In this document: positions 43,578-53,354 of the stretch, in pieces
Layout of the letters: each line of letters opens with the position of its first letter
Position numbering within the stretch: the first letter of the stretch is position 1
Virus record (IMG/VR): IMGVR_UViG_3300044678_003809
Direction: 5' to 3' (one strand)
Origin: an uncultured virus (IMG/VR IMGVR_UViG_3300044678_003809)
Taxonomy: Duplodnaviria; Heunggongvirae; Uroviricota; Caudoviricetes
DNA: 59,315 nt
The notes under the pieces: generated by a model
Seen by the model: the letters and a program-made list of their open reading frames with translations, nothing else
Databases searched by the model: none
Told to the model about the DNA's origin: nothing
Translations under genes and position numbers: made by a program

Positions 43578-43884
43578 GTGGCTCGAGCACCTCTACCGCC
43601 TCGAGGCGGACGGTCAGCACGATGCCGCGGTCGACATGGTGTTCGACAATGTCGATGACCTGCTACGAGCGGGGTCTTTCTCCGCATGCGACGACCTGCT
43701 CACGGTTGTTGACGTAGACCAACTCAGCACTTGGAGCATTGTCGCCTTCTTGGTGGTGACCAACGCCGCGAAGTGGCTTCTGCAGACCCGGTCGGCGTTC
43801 TGTGAACGGGCGCGTCATCGGGTGGAGGCGCTGGCCCCAGCACGGGCCCATCGCCTGCTCTCCGGGCTCATGGGGCCTCTGTAA
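43567..43884 (+). CDS. Hypothetical helical protein
   Basis: Plausible ORF tail (FDNVDDLL..G.F). TTG start inferred. Confidence 0.5.
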   Translation: MGCEWLEHLYRLEADGQHDAAVDMVFDNVDDLLRAGSFSACDDLLTVVDVDQLSTWSIVAFLVVTNAAKWLLQTRSAFCERARHRVEALAPARAHRLLSGLMGPL

Positions 43885-43914
43885 CCGTAGATTGCATAAA
43901 GCACCCGTGGTAGC

Positions 43915-44424
43915 TTGCACGGACACCATCTTCGGGGGTCGTCCTTGCGCAGGCTGAAACGGAACCGGAAGGCCAAGAGGGCTGCGCGGCACGCTCTCGA
44001 GGTGCGCCGGCTTCAGAAGCGCCACGGCATGCTTCACACGACCGCCAGACGGCTGCTGCGTGTCTTGGCGGGGAACAGGACCGTTCGGATCGCCCGCACG
44101 TTCAACCCGGCCGCGACCTACGTGACTCTCTGCATCGTTCCATCGCTGGTCCTCCGCGCCGGCCTCTGGAGCACCCCCAAGTCGAGGCGTCAACTTCCGA
44201 GCATCACGTTGCAATACGATTGTCAGCAGGGGTGGCGGTTGCTCATCTCTCGGCAGTTGTATCGTATGCGCCACGGGCTCCCCACATGGGTTCTGTGCTC
44301 GGACTGGAAGGACGTGATCCGCGCTCTTTTCGAGTTGCTGCAGGAGCAGCAAGGCCTCAACGAGACCGTGACGGCTACCAGCTTCCGCCGCGCGCTCTCG
44401 GGGATTCGGGCATGCGCCGGCTGA
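43915..44424 (+). CDS. Basic hypothetical protein
   Basis: ORF in the co-directional array. Confidence 0.45.
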   Translation: MHGHHLRGSSLRRLKRNRKAKRAARHALEVRRLQKRHGMLHTTARRLLRVLAGNRTVRIARTFNPAATYVTLCIVPSLVLRAGLWSTPKSRRQLPSITLQYDCQQGWRLLISRQLYRMRHGLPTWVLCSDWKDVIRALFELLQEQQGLNETVTATSFRRALSGIRACAG

Positions 44425-44849
44425 AACATCGCGGTCGGCGCCTCCGTCAGCGAGCCGGTCGTGTCGACGTGGCCGCCAAGTCGTTGCGCCGAATGGAAGT
44501 CGAGCTGGGTCGTTTGCTGAGACGGGGGTGCCTCGTCCTTCAGGAAGCCGACCACAACAGCGTCCATCTGTGGTTCAGCGGCCCGCTCGGAGAGCGTTGG
44601 GGCACTCGCCGGCTGAACGTCATGGTTTTCCTGGGGTACGACGATCGCCGACGTCGTTGGTTCGTGTCCGAGTTCGGCACACTCTCCTTTTTCGGAGAAA
44701 AGCCAACGTGGCGACCGACCCCCGGGCCCTTGCTGCGGTCCTGCTACGACCGTCTGATGGGCTACGGCTTCTTCGACCGGCAATTCACGTATCGGGCGTT
44801 CCGGCAGGCCGCTGGCATGCGGCTAGTCAGGCACGGGAGCACCGTGTAA
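44412..44849 (+). CDS. Basic hypothetical protein
   Basis: Overlaps the upstream ORF. Similar Arg-rich N-terminus. Confidence 0.5.
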   Translation: MRRLKHRGRRLRQRAGRVDVAAKSLRRMEVELGRLLRRGCLVLQEADHNSVHLWFSGPLGERWGTRRLNVMVFLGYDDRRRRWFVSEFGTLSFFGEKPTWRPTPGPLLRSCYDRLMGYGFFDRQFTYRAFRQAAGMRLVRHGSTV

Positions 44850-44882
44850 AGTCGCAGCATCTGAGCAACCCCCAGGTGCCCC

Positions 44883-46643
44883 ATGCGACGACTCAAAGGA
44901 CGACGACCTGCCCCGCTGACGCGCAACCGCGAGGCTGCCAACGCCATGAAGAAGTTGTCCCGAATCAGGGACGTGCTCCCTACGGTCCTGCGGCCCGGGG
45001 TCCGTTTCGAGGCCGACCTGATCTGGGGCGGGATGCCGTCCTTCGTCGTGGTGTCGGACCAGCGACTCATGGTGCGGATCGTATTTGATCCGGCCTCGGG
45101 CTGGATCACGGCAGCGCGCACATACGTACCGGGCGGCTTGCGTATCCGCCTCAAGGTCCTCGACGCGACGCTCTACGGCGAGGAAGCGGATGGTCTGCTG
45201 CAAAGCGCGTCCTCCGAGCAGGTCATCGACCGGTTCGCACAAATCCTCGTCGACACCCGCATGGTCCGGCCCGAACTGGACGTCAACGAGGTCCGACGAC
45301 GCCTGAAAGGGACCGTCGGGGGCGCGGCCACCCGGTCGAACCCGAGAAGCAGCAGACGCACGAACGGGTCCACGCCCGATCTGCAGAGCGTCGCACACAC
45401 GACGCTGCAGGCCCTGGAGGGGCTGTGGGCTCGTGGCGGGGACATGGGCTACGACCAGGGGTTGCTCGTGCAACTCGACGGGACGGTCTACGCGCTCAAG
45501 CTCGAGCTGTGGACCGATGCCTGCCTGGAGGACTTGCGACGGCCTACGCCCGCGGCTGCGCAACGCCGGGGGGAGGCCTTGGCGGCCCGGTGGAAGAAGG
45601 AGAACTGGCCCGCGACGGGGTACATCACCGAGATCGCTCCCGGGCTCTACGGGTGCTCGTGGGCTGCGGACGTCGCCAACGAAGACGAGTTGCGGCTGGC
45701 AGGGGCCGACGACATCCTCCAGCTCGACGAGCAGCCGTTCGGCGCCCCGCGGTCGAACCCGTCGGCCAGCGAGTTCCAAGAGTTGGCCGACCAAGCAAAG
45801 GTGGCGCTCGAGCACCTGACCGTGGCGAGCGACAAGGTCACCGGACTCCGGGTCAAGATGCAACTCGCGGTGGGTGCGCTCGAGCGACTGGCGCGGAGCG
45901 ACAACGGACAGCCGCTGACCCCCGAGCAAGCCAAGGACGCGGAGCGGGCGATCGACTTCCTGCACCACATCGTCTTCATCAACCCGACGGCCAGCGCGCC
46001 CCACATCCAGGCGGCCCGAGATGTGGCAGTCGATGTCGTGGACCGCGTGGGGGCCCTGTGGCGGGCCCGTGACTACCCGCAGTCCCTCGGGCGGCCGAAC
46101 CCCACCACCGCTCCCCGAGTGACGGTCGACAACTACGAGGGCCCGGTCGTGCTCGACCTCGGCCCCGCGTCGGTGCGCTTCGACAACGAGCACGGGTACG
46201 GCGCCGTGCCCAACGTGGCCAACATCCGGTACATGGGCATGGTCGTGATGATGCGGCCCTCGATGTTCCTGGCGCTCTCGCAGCGCCTGGAACACAAGCG
46301 GGAGCGGTCGCTCGAGCACCTCCCGCGCATGATGCGGACCCCCGGCTGGGGATACCCGTTCCTCGACGTCAGCCTCGATGATGGCATCTGGACCGTTCGG
46401 CAACACGAGGGGCGTCACCGGTGTCATGTACTCGTCGCGATGCAGTGCGACGAGGAGATCCCCGTGGCGGTCTTCTGCCGAGGTCAGCGAGCGCGTCACA
46501 TCCTCGCCCGAAGCATCGACCACCTGCGCGAGGGCGCCGTCTCCCAGGACAGGGCGTTCGTGCGGGGCCCCCTGTTCGGCACCGCGTTCTGCGACGGCGT
46601 CGAGTACCCACCCCCGCACGCCGGGCTGTACCCGATCGGGTGA
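44883..46643 (+). CDS. Four-module polyvalent protein with C-terminal ParB-like domain
   Basis: Modules separated by RSNP/RTNG, RSNP and RPNP. P.L.V...VRQHEGRHR. Confidence 0.75.
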   Translation: MRRLKGRRPAPLTRNREAANAMKKLSRIRDVLPTVLRPGVRFEADLIWGGMPSFVVVSDQRLMVRIVFDPASGWITAARTYVPGGLRIRLKVLDATLYGEEADGLLQSASSEQVIDRFAQILVDTRMVRPELDVNEVRRRLKGTVGGAATRSNPRSSRRTNGSTPDLQSVAHTTLQALEGLWARGGDMGYDQGLLVQLDGTVYALKLELWTDACLEDLRRPTPAAAQRRGEALAARWKKENWPATGYITEIAPGLYGCSWAADVANEDELRLAGADDILQLDEQPFGAPRSNPSASEFQELADQAKVALEHLTVASDKVTGLRVKMQLAVGALERLARSDNGQPLTPEQAKDAERAIDFLHHIVFINPTASAPHIQAARDVAVDVVDRVGALWRARDYPQSLGRPNPTTAPRVTVDNYEGPVVLDLGPASVRFDNEHGYGAVPNVANIRYMGMVVMMRPSMFLALSQRLEHKRERSLEHLPRMMRTPGWGYPFLDVSLDDGIWTVRQHEGRHRCHVLVAMQCDEEIPVAVFCRGQRARHILARSIDHLREGAVSQDRAFVRGPLFGTAFCDGVEYPPPHAGLYPIG

Positions 46644-46646
46644 TCC

Positions 46647-48749
46647 ATGAGCACGTCCGAGTTCCGAAAATGGTTTTCCGACTCCGCGGTCGTCGACACG
46701 CAGGGTCAGCCGCTCATCGTGTACCACGGGACGACGGCGCCCCCCTTCGAGGCGTTCCGGCCGCATGTGCGTCGCGACGAGCAGCTCGGCTTCGGAATTC
46801 ACTTCGCCGAGGATGACACCTTCGCGATGCGCTACGCCCACAACCCGGACGTGGCGCGCCGCGGCAAGCACCCGCGGGTCATCGCGGTGTACCTGTCCGT
46901 CCAGAAGCCGCTCTTCGCCGACAAGGTCGTGATGTCGGGTTCCCCTGAGTTCGCGCTCGCCCAGGCGCTCGCGGGTCGCCGCCTGCGGACGGAGCCTCAT
47001 CCTGACGGCCGCAGGATGGCCTACCTGCAGGGCGCCATCGACGCGACCTCCGCCTCGCGGGCCGAGCGACTCATCCGTGACGCTGGCTACGACGGAGTCT
47101 GCTACCTCGCTCAGATCTTTCACCCGATGGCCGGCGGCCGACGGGCGCGTGGGCCCGAGACTCGTGCGTGGGTGGTGTTCGATCCTCGCCAGGTGAAGAG
47201 CGTCGACAACGTCGGGACGTTCTCGCCGGAGGACCCTCGCATGCGGCACAACCCCACGGACCCGACGCGCACCAAGGCCTTCAAGCAGTGGTTCCAGGGC
47301 TCCCAGGTCGTCGACCCGAAGGGGCGCCCGCTGGTGATGCTGCACGGGACACAGGCGCACTTCGACGAGTTCAACGTGGCGTACGCCATGCGGGGTGGTC
47401 TCGGCACCGGCTTCTACTTCAGCAACGACCTGATCCTCGCCCAGCAGTACGCCCATGAAGACACGGGTGGTCGAGTCGTCCGCGCGTACCTGGCGCTCAA
47501 GAACCCGTACCGCCTCGACCGCACCGAGTCGTACCGCCTCCGGCTCGACCAGATGCGCGTGTTCAGGGGGAAGGACGCGCGGGAGCGACTCATCGAGATG
47601 GGCCACGACGGGGTGTTGTTCTTCGAGGACGACTACATCGAAGCGGTGGCCTTCTACCCAAACCAGATCAAGAGCGTCGACAACGTCGGGACGTTCTCGC
47701 CGGAGGACCCTCGCATGCGGCACAACGGTCCCTCCGACCCCCCGCGCACGACGTGGTACCACTTGACGGACAAGGCGCGATTCCGGCTGGACCCCCAGTT
47801 CGCCCCCGCGGACAACACCGTCGCGATGGAGGACCGCTCGGGGCGCCCGGGGGTCTACCTGGCGCCCGATGTGGAGCGGTGGGTGAACGGCCATGGGTAC
47901 TGGCGGCCTTTCGTCGTGGAGGTGACCGTCGACCCCAAGGTGTTCCATCTCCCGGGCGTTTCCGGTCGGTGGGGTGGGGAGTTGTTCGTTCCGGCGGCCC
48001 TGTTCGACTACGTCAAGGTCGCCCGAGTCATCCCTCTCGACGCCTCCGCCCGTGAGCAATTCGGGATGCACGGCTGGGTGGAGAGCGCGCTCGGCCGGGA
48101 GTTCGACACCAGCCTACCGGTCCCCGCCTGGGGCGCGCCGGGGTTCTCCCCCTACCCCTTCCGCGGCTACCGATACCTTGGCCCCGATGTCAGGGAGATG
48201 CCTCTTCCAGAGGTCCAGCGGCTGAAGCGGGACCTGCAGACGTTCCGACGGTCCCAGAGCCGGTGGAACCCGCAGTCGATCCCCAACCCCGTGTACCCCA
48301 GCGGGTGGCTGGTGCCCAGCGAGGAGGCTGTCGCGTGGCTGGCGGCGCAAGTGACCAACGACACGATCTTCCGAGGCATGACCTCGGACGAGTACGACGC
48401 CACCGTGGGCCGCCAGCACGCGATCTGGTCCACGGGTCGGTACTCGCTGCCGGGGGAGGGGACTTGTTTCTCGTTCTTGGCCGAGGACGCCCTCGGCTAC
48501 GTCGCTTTCGGCTGCGATGACCCCCGGAAGACGGGGCGACCCGTGTACGTGGTCGAGGTCGACCGCCCGGCGACGGCCCGCGTGGACCGGGACGGCTACG
48601 TCAAGACGAGTGTGCCGGTGCCGTTCTCCAGCGTCCGGCGCGTGTTGACCTTCACCGCGGGGCCGCAGGACACGATCGTGGCGCGGGAACTGAGTCTTCC
48701 GCAGATCCGGCCCCACCTCTTCGACGTGGCTGAGAGGATACTGCCGTGA
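46647..48749 (+). CDS. Polyvalent protein: two ART-PolyVal and two further ART-like domains
   Basis: F.KWF..S.VVD..G.PL...HGT twice, then WYHLT..GVYL..E and IFRGM modules. Junctions RHNP, RHNG and RWNP. Confidence 0.85.
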   Translation: MSTSEFRKWFSDSAVVDTQGQPLIVYHGTTAPPFEAFRPHVRRDEQLGFGIHFAEDDTFAMRYAHNPDVARRGKHPRVIAVYLSVQKPLFADKVVMSGSPEFALAQALAGRRLRTEPHPDGRRMAYLQGAIDATSASRAERLIRDAGYDGVCYLAQIFHPMAGGRRARGPETRAWVVFDPRQVKSVDNVGTFSPEDPRMRHNPTDPTRTKAFKQWFQGSQVVDPKGRPLVMLHGTQAHFDEFNVAYAMRGGLGTGFYFSNDLILAQQYAHEDTGGRVVRAYLALKNPYRLDRTESYRLRLDQMRVFRGKDARERLIEMGHDGVLFFEDDYIEAVAFYPNQIKSVDNVGTFSPEDPRMRHNGPSDPPRTTWYHLTDKARFRLDPQFAPADNTVAMEDRSGRPGVYLAPDVERWVNGHGYWRPFVVEVTVDPKVFHLPGVSGRWGGELFVPAALFDYVKVARVIPLDASAREQFGMHGWVESALGREFDTSLPVPAWGAPGFSPYPFRGYRYLGPDVREMPLPEVQRLKRDLQTFRRSQSRWNPQSIPNPVYPSGWLVPSEEAVAWLAAQVTNDTIFRGMTSDEYDATVGRQHAIWSTGRYSLPGEGTCFSFLAEDALGYVAFGCDDPRKTGRPVYVVEVDRPATARVDRDGYVKTSVPVPFSSVRRVLTFTAGPQDTIVARELSLPQIRPHLFDVAERILP
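47196..47726 (+). repeat. Perfect 57-bp direct repeat (47196-47252 and 47670-47726)
   Basis: aagagcgtcgacaac...atgcggcacaac is identical in both copies. Confidence 0.9.
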
Positions 48750-51538
48750 TCAGTGCAACCCCCAAGCTCAGGGACGACTACACCGAGGCCTTCCGCGAGT
48801 GGTTCGGCGACTCCGTGGTCATGGACGCCCAGGGCAACGCTCTCGTGGTCTACCACGGCACGAACGACGGCGGCTTCGTCGAGTTCAAGGGCACCGAAGG
48901 TCCACGCAGCGGCGGCGGGATCTTCTTCTCGAGTTCCTATGCGCTCGCCAGCAGCTACAAGCGCGGCCGGCGGGCGGACCCCACGCCACCCTGGGAGCCG
49001 GACGAGTACCTCGAGGGCGGCCAAGCGGGAGTCTACGAGGTCCACCTCCGCATCGAAGACCCCCTGATCATCGACGCGGGCGAGAGCAACTGGGACGCGA
49101 TCGAAGGCGAGACGACGAACCGTGACGGCGAGGCTGTCGGCTATTTCTTGGGGGCGACAGGATTCCTTGCCCTAGAAGCTCGCGAGATGGGCTTCGACGG
49201 CGTCATCATCCGCAACGTCAGCGACTACGGGGCCTACGGGGACGGGCTGCCCGCGGACGTCTACGTCGTGTTCGACCCCAACCAGATCAAGTCGGTGAAG
49301 CACAACATGGGCACTTTCAGCCGCACGTCCAATGACATCCGAAAGAACGGCCTCGCGAACGAGTTCCCTCGCGACCTGGCCGAGCAGGTCCGGCGGCAGT
49401 ACCCGCGCCTGTGGGCGAAGCATGGCACCGGCGGCAACCCACCGACGGCGTGGACGGGGGACGACGCCTACCGGGCGTGGGGGTGGCTCATCGATCTGCG
49501 CGAGGGACGTCACCCGCCGACGTCCGAGATCCCGGCTGCGAAGCGCGCCTACGAGCTGCTGACGGGGCAGAGGTGGTCAGGACCCACGGACGACCTCTTC
49601 CGGGCCGTCACGCGCCTCTGGGAGGCCAGGCGGGAGCGGTACGTGTCCCGCCACGCGAAGGACTTCCGCCCCGGGGGCACCATCGCGATGATCAAGTGGG
49701 GGGGCATCTTCCCCTGGGCCGAAGCCGCCGCTCCTGGCCAGGGTCACCGACCCATGCTCGAGGCCCTCGGCGCGCCGCGGTCGAACCCCGGATGGGATGG
49801 AGCGCGACCCGTCGAGTACGAGAGCACTCCACCCCGTTCGCCACGGTCCGCTGCCTTCCGCAAGTGGTTCGGGGCGTCGAAGATCGTGGACCACCGTGGG
49901 CGTCCGTTGGTCGTCTACCACGGGACACCACGCCGATTTGAGGCATTCGAGGAGCAGTACATCGGTCGCAACGACGAGGGGTGCGGAGGCCGCGGTTTCT
50001 ATTTCATGGGAGGGGCAGAGTATCCTTCGGGGTATGCTCAGTTCGGGGCCGACGAGGGGGACAACCCCATCGTGATGGCCGTCTATCTCAGGATGGAGCA
50101 TCCATTGCGCGTCGATGACTACGCGCAGATCCCAGGGTGGACGCCGGCTGTTCTGGGGGATCGAGAGGCTGCTCTCGCGGTTCAGCAACACCTTCGGGCC
50201 CTCGGATACGATGGTGTCATTCAGGACCACGAGAACCCACACTACATCGAGTACGTAGTTTTCGACCCCACCCAAGTCAAGTCCGTCAACAACATGGGCA
50301 AGTGGTCTCCGATGGACCCCCGCCTGAGGTACAACCCGTCTGCCCGTGCTCCGGGCCACCGACCCATGCTCGAGGCCCTCGGCGCGCCGCGGTCGAACGG
50401 CGCGGTGCTCATGTACCGGGGCACTCACGGCACGGACCCCAACGCCACGCAGCTCAAGACCCCGTCTTTCACGCCCTGCCTCGACGCGGCGACGATCTAC
50501 TCGGCCATCCCTGGGGATGAGTGGGGGCGCCGAGCGCCGAGCTTCTTGGAGACCTCCACCGTCCACGCGGCGTTCATTGACGCGTCGCCGGTTCTGCGGC
50601 TGGGGGGCAACGAGCCCCAGGCCAACTTGGGAGACGTGCTGCGCGACCTGAAATTCGGCCAGCCCGAAGGCATCTCGCGCGACGAGGTCGTGCGCATCTA
50701 CAACTACCTGCACAACCGGACGCTGGGCCGGACCCCCGGGGGGACGTTCAAGTACCAGGTCTTCGACGATGAAGGGACGCTGCTTGACCTCGAGGACGAC
50801 GACGTCGTGCCGTTCTCGATCAGCAGACCGCAGACCATCTTCAGCGTGTTTCGGGAGTCGTTCGATTTCTCACGAGACAACGAGATCTTGGTGGAAGCCA
50901 GTGGTCTCGTCGCCGACGCCTTCGTCTTTGCGGACACACCCGCCGTGGTGAGGGCGGCCCAGCGGCTCGGCTTCCGCGGCATCTCCTACATGGACGTCTT
51001 CGAGGGCGCCGAGGCCGCCGCACCCGTGTTGCTGTTGTGCGAGGCCGAGGACATCGACTGCATCGAGGAGTTGCAGGACCTCGAGGGCGATCTCGTGCTC
51101 TGCCACGAAACGCTGAGGCCACTCCCCGGGGCCGAGGTGAGCTACGTCTGGCATCGCCCGGCGGCGTCTCTCATGGAGAACCCACCGCCCCCGCCCGAGG
51201 ACCTCGCCGCGCGAGACAATCCAGAAGGAAGCAGTCCCCTGCTCGTCCCGCGAGACTTCTCCACGAGGTACTACCCCGACTTCCCGCCGGAGACGTGGAG
51301 CCACAAGGAGGTCGAAGACCTGCTCGGACACAGCATCGAGTGCGGCTACACCGCCCCGTTCTTCGTCGAGAACGTGCCCGACCGGGGGCCCATCGAGGTC
51401 AACGTCTGGGGCGGCGAGATGCAGGACTACTTCAACACTTGGCGCGCGACGCCCCAGCACGGCGGTTACCTCGTCGAGGGCCCGCACGCCCTTGAGCAGG
51501 CACCTGCGAGGCAGCGCGGGACCGAGCCCAGGCCATGA
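48746..51538 (+). CDS. Five-module polyvalent protein (ART, unknown, ART, ART-like, small domain)
   Basis: Two YHGT ART-PolyVal domains and an MYRGT module. Junctions RKNG, RSNP, RYNP/RSNG and RDNP. Confidence 0.85.
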   Translation: MISATPKLRDDYTEAFREWFGDSVVMDAQGNALVVYHGTNDGGFVEFKGTEGPRSGGGIFFSSSYALASSYKRGRRADPTPPWEPDEYLEGGQAGVYEVHLRIEDPLIIDAGESNWDAIEGETTNRDGEAVGYFLGATGFLALEAREMGFDGVIIRNVSDYGAYGDGLPADVYVVFDPNQIKSVKHNMGTFSRTSNDIRKNGLANEFPRDLAEQVRRQYPRLWAKHGTGGNPPTAWTGDDAYRAWGWLIDLREGRHPPTSEIPAAKRAYELLTGQRWSGPTDDLFRAVTRLWEARRERYVSRHAKDFRPGGTIAMIKWGGIFPWAEAAAPGQGHRPMLEALGAPRSNPGWDGARPVEYESTPPRSPRSAAFRKWFGASKIVDHRGRPLVVYHGTPRRFEAFEEQYIGRNDEGCGGRGFYFMGGAEYPSGYAQFGADEGDNPIVMAVYLRMEHPLRVDDYAQIPGWTPAVLGDREAALAVQQHLRALGYDGVIQDHENPHYIEYVVFDPTQVKSVNNMGKWSPMDPRLRYNPSARAPGHRPMLEALGAPRSNGAVLMYRGTHGTDPNATQLKTPSFTPCLDAATIYSAIPGDEWGRRAPSFLETSTVHAAFIDASPVLRLGGNEPQANLGDVLRDLKFGQPEGISRDEVVRIYNYLHNRTLGRTPGGTFKYQVFDDEGTLLDLEDDDVVPFSISRPQTIFSVFRESFDFSRDNEILVEASGLVADAFVFADTPAVVRAAQRLGFRGISYMDVFEGAEAAAPVLLLCEAEDIDCIEELQDLEGDLVLCHETLRPLPGAEVSYVWHRPAASLMENPPPPPEDLAARDNPEGSSPLLVPRDFSTRYYPDFPPETWSHKEVEDLLGHSIECGYTAPFFVENVPDRGPIEVNVWGGEMQDYFNTWRATPQHGGYLVEGPHALEQAPARQRGTEPRP
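49745..50398 (+). repeat. Perfect 42-bp direct repeat (49745-49786 and 50357-50398)
   Basis: caccgacccatgctcgaggccctcggcgcgccgcggtcgaac twice, flanking one ART module. Confidence 0.9.
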
Positions 51539-53250
51539 AGGTACGGCGACTGACGGACACCCACTTGGCAATCGTCCGCAAGGCCGAAGTGGACATCGTG
51601 GACGCGATCAATCACGCGCAGTCGATGCTGGATCGGCCCATGGACGTGGAGTGGTCGATCGACGACTTCGACATCGACGTCCTCTACGAGAAAACCGTTT
51701 CCTGGGTGCTCGGCCAAGAGGACTCGGGCTCTTGGCTGGAGATTGACCCGCGTGACTTTGAGGGACTCGATGAGTCGGCGCGCCTTGACGAGTTGGTCTC
51801 TTTCCGGGGTGACGATTGGCGGGCCGTGGCCGAGAGTTGGCTGACGGTGGGCATCCCCCCCGTGGTGATCATCGAAGAGCCAGGAGCCGAAGGCTTCGAT
51901 GCTGTGACCCCCAGCGCGTACCTGATCGGGGACGGCCGGGGTCGACTCCAATTCGCGCTGGCGATGGGGATCTCGGAGGTGTCTGTTATCCGTCTGACGT
52001 GGAAACGCCCTCAGGTGGCTTCCGACGCACCACCCGTTTGGCATCCCGAGGAGTGGCAGTGGGAAGAGATGGTCACCAGTTTCACCGCCTACTTCGGGGA
52101 CTCGAAAACGTATTCGCGAGAGACGCCTCTCGTGGCCGACTTGGAGCACATGGGGCTCGTGTCGGCTTTCTCGGAATGCGGCAAAGTGGGGCACATGCTG
52201 CATGAGGCGGGCGGTGGTTGCTACGAACACATCACGGAACTGATCCGCGCGCTGGAGGCCCAGGAACCACTGCCCCCTATCGTCGTCGAAGAGTGCTCGG
52301 GCAGACTTGTCGTCGTGGACGGCAACCACCGCGTGGCGGCTGCGCTGGCTGTCGGGCTACGGCATGTGCCGGCTGTCCTGCGAAAACAACCCCCGCGCCC
52401 GAACGGCTCTCTCGTGGACTTCTACCCACAGACGGCCCGGGGGCAACTCCCTGTGGGCCCGCGGGACCGCGTCTTCGACGCTGCCGGGATCGGCTTCGTG
52501 GGACCGGCGGACGGCACCATGGTGCCCGTGGCCGTGGATAACCTCGAGGCCATGCCCGAGAACATCTGGACCCAGGAGAAGATCGACGTGCTCGTCGAGG
52601 CAGCGCAACGGGGTCTCTACCCGCGGGTGTACCCGGGGTACGCCGACCTGTGGGCCGAGGATGGCGAGGTTCATGCACAAGTTCGAGATGGGAACCACCG
52701 CACCTTCGCCGCAGTCGAAGCGGGCGCCGAGTTCGTCTGGGTCCTGATGTCCGACAACACTCGTCAGCACATCGACGAGCGGAAGGCCCCCGAGGCCCTC
52801 TACCGCGCGATCCGCCGTGCGCAGGTCGAGCATGGAGCGCCTCTACTCCAGCGGCAGCGGGTTCGTGTTCGGCGGACCCCAGCAGTCGTCCGTCTGCTCG
52901 CTGCGGAGGCGGAACGACTGCGTCTCCAGCGGGCTCGGGAGCAGGTGGCGCTTGAGCAACTCGACTGGCTCGGGCCGGTCGAAGACACCGGGTGGACCCC
53001 TGCAGAGCAGCGCCAGCGACCGGACTTGTTCCTTCGTCTCCGGTTGCATGAGTTGCGGGAGCGCCAAGGGCGCGCGGCCTTGTTGGAGATGTTGGAGGAA
53101 CCCGTGTGGCAGGCGTTGGCGTCCCGAGACCGGGAGGTTTCCTCGGCACTACAAGCACTCGACATCTACGACCTGCGCAAGGCCGCAGGCTTGAACCCGG
53201 CCCGGGAGCGACTTGACCCCGTCACCGGCCAGGTCGTGCGGGCATCGTGA
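51535..53250 (+). CDS. Protein with three ParB/sulfiredoxin-like domains
   Basis: IPPVVI..IGDGRGR, LPPIVV..VDGNHR and VRDGNHR. Confidence 0.75.
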   Translation: MKVRRLTDTHLAIVRKAEVDIVDAINHAQSMLDRPMDVEWSIDDFDIDVLYEKTVSWVLGQEDSGSWLEIDPRDFEGLDESARLDELVSFRGDDWRAVAESWLTVGIPPVVIIEEPGAEGFDAVTPSAYLIGDGRGRLQFALAMGISEVSVIRLTWKRPQVASDAPPVWHPEEWQWEEMVTSFTAYFGDSKTYSRETPLVADLEHMGLVSAFSECGKVGHMLHEAGGGCYEHITELIRALEAQEPLPPIVVEECSGRLVVVDGNHRVAAALAVGLRHVPAVLRKQPPRPNGSLVDFYPQTARGQLPVGPRDRVFDAAGIGFVGPADGTMVPVAVDNLEAMPENIWTQEKIDVLVEAAQRGLYPRVYPGYADLWAEDGEVHAQVRDGNHRTFAAVEAGAEFVWVLMSDNTRQHIDERKAPEALYRAIRRAQVEHGAPLLQRQRVRVRRTPAVVRLLAAEAERLRLQRAREQVALEQLDWLGPVEDTGWTPAEQRQRPDLFLRLRLHELRERQGRAALLEMLEEPVWQALASRDREVSSALQALDIYDLRKAAGLNPARERLDPVTGQVVRAS

Positions 53251-53266
53251 CCCCCGCACGGGGATG

Positions 53267-53295
53267 TTGCACTCCCCAGATACCAAGCGTATGTT
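53267..53295 (+). promoter_or_regulatory. Sigma70-like promoter
   Basis: TTGCAC-N17-TATGTT upstream of the GT/FkbM pair. Confidence 0.45.
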
Positions 53296-53354
53296 GCATA
53301 AGGCACGGGTGGTCCGTGCCTTCCCAAGCAGCGTTCATCCCCTGAGTGTGACAC

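Noticed and set aside
44823..48071. 1082-aa antisense ORF and similar long shadow ORFs (e.g. 23350-25257, 8027-9550, 12482-13975)
   Set aside because: They lie opposite motif-bearing genes, which is typical of high-GC codon bias, and carry no recognisable motifs.
47196..50398. Diversity-generating retroelement TR/VR pairs
   Set aside because: The repeat copies are identical, with no adenine-specific mismatches, and there is no reverse transcriptase in the window.
39150..51538. Integron attC sites (AAC/GTT) as the basis of the RxN junctions
   Set aside because: Some junctions use AAT, flanking codons vary, no attC-like hairpins were seen, and there is no integrase in the window.
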